Virus record (IMG/VR): IMGVR_UViG_3300049215_000478
Coordinates: 1 to 35,353 of that record
DNA from: a virus
Direction: 5' to 3' (one strand)
Length of the DNA stretch: 35,353 nt
The position numbers and the translations under genes were made by a program. The notes beneath the pieces were generated by a model, which had not been told where the DNA came from, did not search any database, and worked only from the letters and a program-made list of their open reading frames with translations. How positions within the stretch are numbered: the stretch's first letter is position 1; every line of letters begins with the position of its first letter. Positions 31,253 through 35,353 of this stretch are shown here, piece after piece.

Positions 31253-32597
31253 CCCTAAAAAATCTCGGTAAATTAGAATTATTGCCATAAAGAGCCTCGG
31301 CTTTCTTACGCTCAAACTCTTCAGGAGTTAATCCACGTTTGGTTTTATGAAGAGATAGACAGAGTATTCTGAGAGCGTCTGCATAATGCGAAGCCCAATT
31401 ATGAACTGGTTTTGGTTTATAAATCTGTTTTTGTTCGTCCCATTCTTTTCTATAGTTCTCTAGAGCATTTATCAAAGATTTACATTTTAGTTCATCTATC
31501 CAGAACTTAGCAAAATGGGTCCACACATTCTCTATGCCATCGATAATAGGAACCTGATCCACAAGCGAGAACTCTAAACCTAATTGTCTAGCCTTTTCAT
31601 AACGGGTTACAGCGCCTCCACCCCATTCCCTGACCTTTATATCATGTGGAGCATAATGAGCACCGTATTTGTAAGGCTTGTCTTGGATTATCTTTGCATA
31701 ATGATCTAAGCCTAAGTTAGTGTTTGAATAACAGTCTATTATCCGTATTCCAACAGTCCCTTCTCCGACAAGTTGATACCAGATTATGGTCGTAGGATCG
31801 TTTACCCCGATGTCCCAACTTGTATAAGTAAGCAGTCCAGGCTCCCAAGGTACGGTTGTTATTTGGCCTTTAAGCTTTAATTGATCTAAATGCGGACCAA
31901 ACCATGAACCAGTTATACCTCTCTCAAAACTACATTCATATTCCTGCAAATAAAGACCTTCTTCCATCTGGGCACGTTCTTGGTTAAGTGCTTCTTCGGG
32001 AATATGATGGATCTCACTGGTCTTTTGTAATACTACCTTCCAATCAGGAAGCTCTTGAGCAAGTTTATACAAATGGTAAAAATGATTCTTTCCTCTAGGC
32101 GTACCAACTATTAGGCACCACCCCGAGTTCGCAGCCAAAATAGGGCGGATAAATGAGTAAACTTCAGGATTCATCAAAGAGAATTCTGAAAGGATTACTG
32201 CATAAGGATTAGTTCCTACAAGTGAAGTGTTATAAGTATCACCACCAAGACATTGAAGTAATGATCCATTCTTGAATCGTATCTTCATCTCGGCTTGGTT
32301 TATACCTTCCACCATCTGCATGGGAAGGAAATCCAAAAAAGGCATCGAATCAATAGTAATAGCATCGAAAATGGCACGTCTTGCCTGAGAATAAGTAGGC
32401 AAGACGTAGAATACTAAACAGGTCTTTTTTAAACATTGTCGGATGGCTAGATTCCAGCCCAGAATATCTTTTCCACTTCTGCGCGGGGCACAATACAGGA
32501 CACGTTTATATTCTCCTGTATCAATCGCATCGAAGATCTCTTCTTGATACCATCTAAGTCTAAATTTATCTAATGTTACCTGAACTTCAACATTCAT
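31224..32597 (-). CDS. terL: terminase large subunit
   Basis: Walker A-like CAPRRSGKD, Walker B-like AVILSEF, GTPRG. Nuclease half WDIGVNDPTTIIW ... HNWASHYADALR. Confidence 0.92.
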   Translation of the reverse strand: MNVEVQVTLDKFRLRWYQEEIFDAIDTGEYKRVLYCAPRRSGKDILGWNLAIRQCLKKTCLVFYVLPTYSQARRAIFDAITIDSMPFLDFLPMQMVEGINQAEMKIRFKNGSLLQCLGGDTYNTSLVGTNPYAVILSEFSLMNPEVYSFIRPILAANSGWCLIVGTPRGKNHFYHLYKLAQELPDWKVVLQKTSEIHHIPEEALNQERAQMEEGLYLQEYECSFERGITGSWFGPHLDQLKLKGQITTVPWEPGLLTYTSWDIGVNDPTTIIWYQLVGEGTVGIRIIDCYSNTNLGLDHYAKIIQDKPYKYGAHYAPHDIKVREWGGGAVTRYEKARQLGLEFSLVDQVPIIDGIENVWTHFAKFWIDELKCKSLINALENYRKEWDEQKQIYKPKPVHNWASHYADALRILCLSLHKTKRGLTPEEFERKKAEALYGNNSNLPRFFRDDPRYDRYR

Positions 32598-32907
32598 TAG
32601 TTACTTTTTCTTTTCTCAGCTTCCGCATTTGATTAGCTTTATTAAAAAGTTTTTGTTGTTCTTTAATGCCCTCATCATCAGTTTCTTCTTCAATATCTAA
32701 ATCTATGGGTTCTGTAACTTTGGTTACGCCATTATTCATCCATTCTTCATAATGACCTTCGCAGAAATAATGTACTTCTACGGGATACTCGCCGCGGGGG
32801 CGCAATAAATGTGTCGCCACGTCATCAGGGCAGCTCTCGCATTGCAGTTTATGGTCCTGAAACTTAACCAACAATTCCAAATATTTTTGTTCATTTTTTA
32901 TTATCAT
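32587..32907 (-). CDS. hypothetical Cys/His-containing protein (106 aa)
   Basis: CESCPDD...HYFCEGH may be a zinc-binding site; acidic then basic tail. Confidence 0.55.
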   Translation of the reverse strand: MIIKNEQKYLELLVKFQDHKLQCESCPDDVATHLLRPRGEYPVEVHYFCEGHYEEWMNNGVTKVTEPIDLDIEEETDDEGIKEQQKLFNKANQMRKLRKEKVTNEC

Positions 32908-33274
32908 TGTTCTTCCTTGGTTGTTCTGTTTGGTTTTGTTGTAGTTCTATTCTAAAAGGTGAGGATGATTTAGTTTCTTTATGTTTATACGAACGAGGTT
33001 GAGTTATACGCAACGATTTTATGTTTTCCTTATATTGAGCTACCTCATCCTCTAAAGATTTAATACGGAGCGTTTTTATTCGTATTTCTTTTTCAAGCTC
33101 CCCAACCTTGTAGTTATAAACAGCCTTGGATTCTTCCACCAAAGAAAGAGTAGATTCTAACTGCTTCTCCAAATCCATTATTTCTTTGTGAAGTTTCATC
33201 TCACTATCAACAAAATTTTGTGTGTTTCTTTCCAACTTTTTATGACATTTTCCGTGCAACCATTTACTTAACAT
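32891..33274 (-). CDS. coiled-coil hypothetical protein (127 aa)
   Basis: Heptad-like charged sequence. Confidence 0.55.
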   Translation of the reverse strand: MLSKWLHGKCHKKLERNTQNFVDSEMKLHKEIMDLEKQLESTLSLVEESKAVYNYKVGELEKEIRIKTLRIKSLEDEVAQYKENIKSLRITQPRSYKHKETKSSSPFRIELQQNQTEQPRKNNDNKK

Positions 33275-33761
33275 TCTCTATCTTCCTTTTCAACTCTTCC
33301 GCATTATCAACATCAGGTTTATGCAAATGTATGTTAAACGTACTCGCAGTACTACCTTCATCTTTTTTAAGTTCAGAATGATACTTATTAACGTCATGCC
33401 ATTCTGGATCTAAAACATGCATATCTCTATAAGCACTATCCTTATCCAATTCTTTTTCCATAGAACGTACTTTTCTATTACATGAAATCAAAAGCTTCAT
33501 ATTTTGATAAGCTTCTCCAATATCTGGGTATTGTTTAGTCCAATCATATAAAGTTTGTCTTGGTATTTTATACTTCATACAAAACTGTAACACTTCAATA
33601 GACTTCTTATTTTCAGCCCATTTGAGCATGGTATAGATTAATCGCTTGCGCCAATCATCCCTTCCAGGGTATAATTGCAGGGTTTCCTTGTCTAGAAAGT
33701 CCATCCAAGTACGGCCATTTGATATTTCATTTACATCGGTGTTACGTTTAGTTATTTTCAC
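33264..33761 (-). CDS. terminase small-subunit-like HTH protein (165 aa)
   Basis: HTH-like FCMKYKIPRQTLYDWTKQYPDIGEAY; lies upstream of terL. Confidence 0.45.
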   Translation of the reverse strand: MKITKRNTDVNEISNGRTWMDFLDKETLQLYPGRDDWRKRLIYTMLKWAENKKSIEVLQFCMKYKIPRQTLYDWTKQYPDIGEAYQNMKLLISCNRKVRSMEKELDKDSAYRDMHVLDPEWHDVNKYHSELKKDEGSTASTFNIHLHKPDVDNAEELKRKIENVK

Positions 33762-33762
33762 T

Positions 33763-34155
33763 TCATTCCACTTCTTTTATTAATATTTCTGTTCTCGGGT
33801 TATTATCATACACCTTCATAGCAGTGAGTATCGATATAATTTTATCATCGGTAATAATAACATCTTTCATGGAATCCAAAACAAATTTGCATAGATTATC
33901 AAGATCGGGTCGGTTGGCATGGTATGGGTTCTTGGTTCTATCTTTGACCGATCTTGGAATAGGCATGAAAAAAGTTAAGTCCATTGAGATAGATTTTCCA
34001 AAAAGGGGTTCATCATTGTGTTGCTGTTGTAAATATATACCGAATAACACTTTTTCTTTTTTTTGGTTATCAAAGAAGGTTTTCTCATTCAAGTGTGGTC
34101 TTTGCCAAGGAATAGGCTTTAGGTTAACCACATACATCTTCATTCGTAATGCCAT
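33763..34155 (-). CDS. rusA: RusA-family Holliday junction resolvase
   Basis: RPDLDNLCKFVLDSMKDVIITDDKII matches the RusA catalytic Asp motif; about 130 aa. Confidence 0.8.
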   Translation of the reverse strand: MALRMKMYVVNLKPIPWQRPHLNEKTFFDNQKKEKVLFGIYLQQQHNDEPLFGKSISMDLTFFMPIPRSVKDRTKNPYHANRPDLDNLCKFVLDSMKDVIITDDKIISILTAMKVYDNNPRTEILIKEVE

Positions 34156-34157
34156 TA

Positions 34158-35150
34158 CTACTTTCCTTTCATTAAAATGCTCATAAATTCATTGGCTCTT
34201 GGTGCCATTGTCTTTGTATTAGCAATCTCCTTGATTTTATCACCATCAAATCCATAATCAATCTTTGGCTGCTTAGCGCGTTCCGCTACAGCAGCCTGTT
34301 GGCTACGCATTTTTTCAACTGTAGATACAGGCTTTTCCTCACCTTTTTGGAATCCTGTAGCGCTACAACCTGAGAGTAAGTCACTGGCTTTCTTATTGCC
34401 AATATATTTTAAAAACTTGAATGGATGTTTAACATTCTTTTTCTGTTTATGGTATTCCTCAATGGCATACACAAGCGCTGCTTGTGGTAATGCCATTAAC
34501 TCTTCTTTCTCGTTTTGATTAAAAACCAAACCCAAACCAACCAAACCATCAACCAGTTCTTTACCAGTATTCCCCATTTTACTCTTCCCTTTTTGGAAAA
34601 AACTACTAAACAAACCCATAACCTGGTTAACCAAACCACTACTAGTATTATTACTTATACTAGTATCTTGGTTTGTTTGTTTGTTTTTATATATATTCTT
34701 ATATTCCTTAGTGTATAGTGTAACATTTTGCTGCTGGCCAAGACCCAGAGCTATTTTTAGAATGTTCTCTTTTTGTTGGTTTTTGAAGGGGTAAGCCAAG
34801 GCCTTAAAGAACCTCTTAAGAAGACAAACAACCCAATTCTTATCAAACCATTCCGATATCTCATAAACACATGAACTCATCCATTGCTTTGTCTTACGTA
34901 TCAAGCCATCTTCTTCCATTTGACGTAGAACACGGTTAACCTGTTGTCTGCAACAACCTATTAGATCAGCTAAACGCTGCTGAGAAGGCCTGTTTTTATG
35001 ATATCTCTGCCTATTCCAGATAAGAAGATTAAAGACCTCTTTAAAGATCCTACTCTTAGAGTCCAGATATTTTACAATATTTGTAATAACTTCTGTATTT
35101 GGTATGAAATTAAGGGAAGAAAATTCTTGATTAATATTAGAAATTAGCAT
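34158..35150 (-). CDS. replication initiator-like protein with N-terminal winged HTH
   Basis: SQQRLADLIGCCRQQVNRVLRQMEEDGLIRK; a low-complexity linker encoded by repeat-rich DNA; position beside rusA/ssb/erf. Confidence 0.55.
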   Translation of the reverse strand: MLISNINQEFSSLNFIPNTEVITNIVKYLDSKSRIFKEVFNLLIWNRQRYHKNRPSQQRLADLIGCCRQQVNRVLRQMEEDGLIRKTKQWMSSCVYEISEWFDKNWVVCLLKRFFKALAYPFKNQQKENILKIALGLGQQQNVTLYTKEYKNIYKNKQTNQDTSISNNTSSGLVNQVMGLFSSFFQKGKSKMGNTGKELVDGLVGLGLVFNQNEKEELMALPQAALVYAIEEYHKQKKNVKHPFKFLKYIGNKKASDLLSGCSATGFQKGEEKPVSTVEKMRSQQAAVAERAKQPKIDYGFDGDKIKEIANTKTMAPRANEFMSILMKGK

Positions 35151-35233
35151 ATTATAGAATCTCCTCCTTGAATAAGGATCTCATTCTTTGAATTTCCTTT
35201 TGGAGATTTTAAATATGATGCGGGGGTTTTCAT
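35144..35233 (-). CDS. possible 29-aa leader ORF
   Basis: AAGGAG lies 4 nt before the ATG at 35233. The stop overlaps the initiator start (ATGCTAA). Very short, so weak. Confidence 0.3.
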   Translation of the reverse strand: MKTPASYLKSPKGNSKNEILIQGGDSIIC

Positions 35234-35321
35234 AGAACTCCTTATGTTTTGAATTACTCAACCCTTTCCTGGCCTGATAAACGAGAAAATGGTGAAGGTA
35301 AATTTCAAAAAGTTAAAACTT

Positions 35322-35353
35322 ACATTTAATGACAGTCAGTATAGAAGCAATAT
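35322..35353. repeat. Terminal direct repeat identical to 1..32
   Basis: Exact 32-nt match to the window start. Confidence 0.95.

Noticed and set aside
31253-31315. N-terminal 21 codons of ORF 31022..31315, lying inside terL
   Set aside because: A 92-nt overlap with terL is implausible. Internal ATGs at 31252/31240, next to the terL stop, fit the compact overlap style seen elsewhere.
1-35353. Temperate lifestyle call (prophage, attP)
   Set aside because: No integrase, excisionase or tRNA-derived att-like sequence could be recognised. The HTH and RHH regulators alone do not justify calling it temperate.

Overview
The window is a complete tailed dsDNA phage genome. The first 32 bp are identical to the last 32 bp, giving a unit length of 35,321 bp, either circular or terminally redundant. 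It is AT-rich, uses strong Shine-Dalgarno sites, and is densely packed with many overlapping start/stop codons. Nearly everything is on the minus strand. Read around the circle from a divergent early promoter/operator at about 2885..3014, the minus-strand order is as follows. First comes a Cro/CI-like HTH gene, an ERF-type recombinase and SSB. After the wrap come the replication initiator, RusA, a small-terminase-like gene, large terminase and portal. Next are several small basic proteins, scaffold, major capsid protein and head/tail structural proteins. Then come a 757-aa nozzle-like protein, three Gly/Gln/Ala-rich internal-virion-like proteins and four fibre/spike genes. The strand ends with a secreted protein and a lipoprotein. 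This late order resembles a T7-like podovirus. Three plus-strand islands interrupt it: an early rightward arm (3015..5115, with a second ERF paralog), an RHH-regulator cassette (11331..12024), and a promoter-to-terminator moron encoding a DapF-like two-cysteine epimerase plus a secreted protein (24992..26897). The most striking feature is that the major capsid gene is split by a 395-nt insert (22064..22458). This insert shows readable group I intron hallmarks and contains a 90-aa ORF. Just upstream lies an 806-bp gene desert (22810..23615), unusual for this genome. It holds a start-less primase/helicase-like C-terminal reading frame followed by a roughly 270-bp imperfect palindrome around an AT-rich core, an arrangement like a rep-ori relic. 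By eye I could not recognise an integrase, DNA polymerase, helicase/primase, endolysin, tRNA, CRISPR array or reverse transcriptase. The host cannot be determined from sequence alone. All functional calls come from motif recognition by eye and need profile or structure searches.
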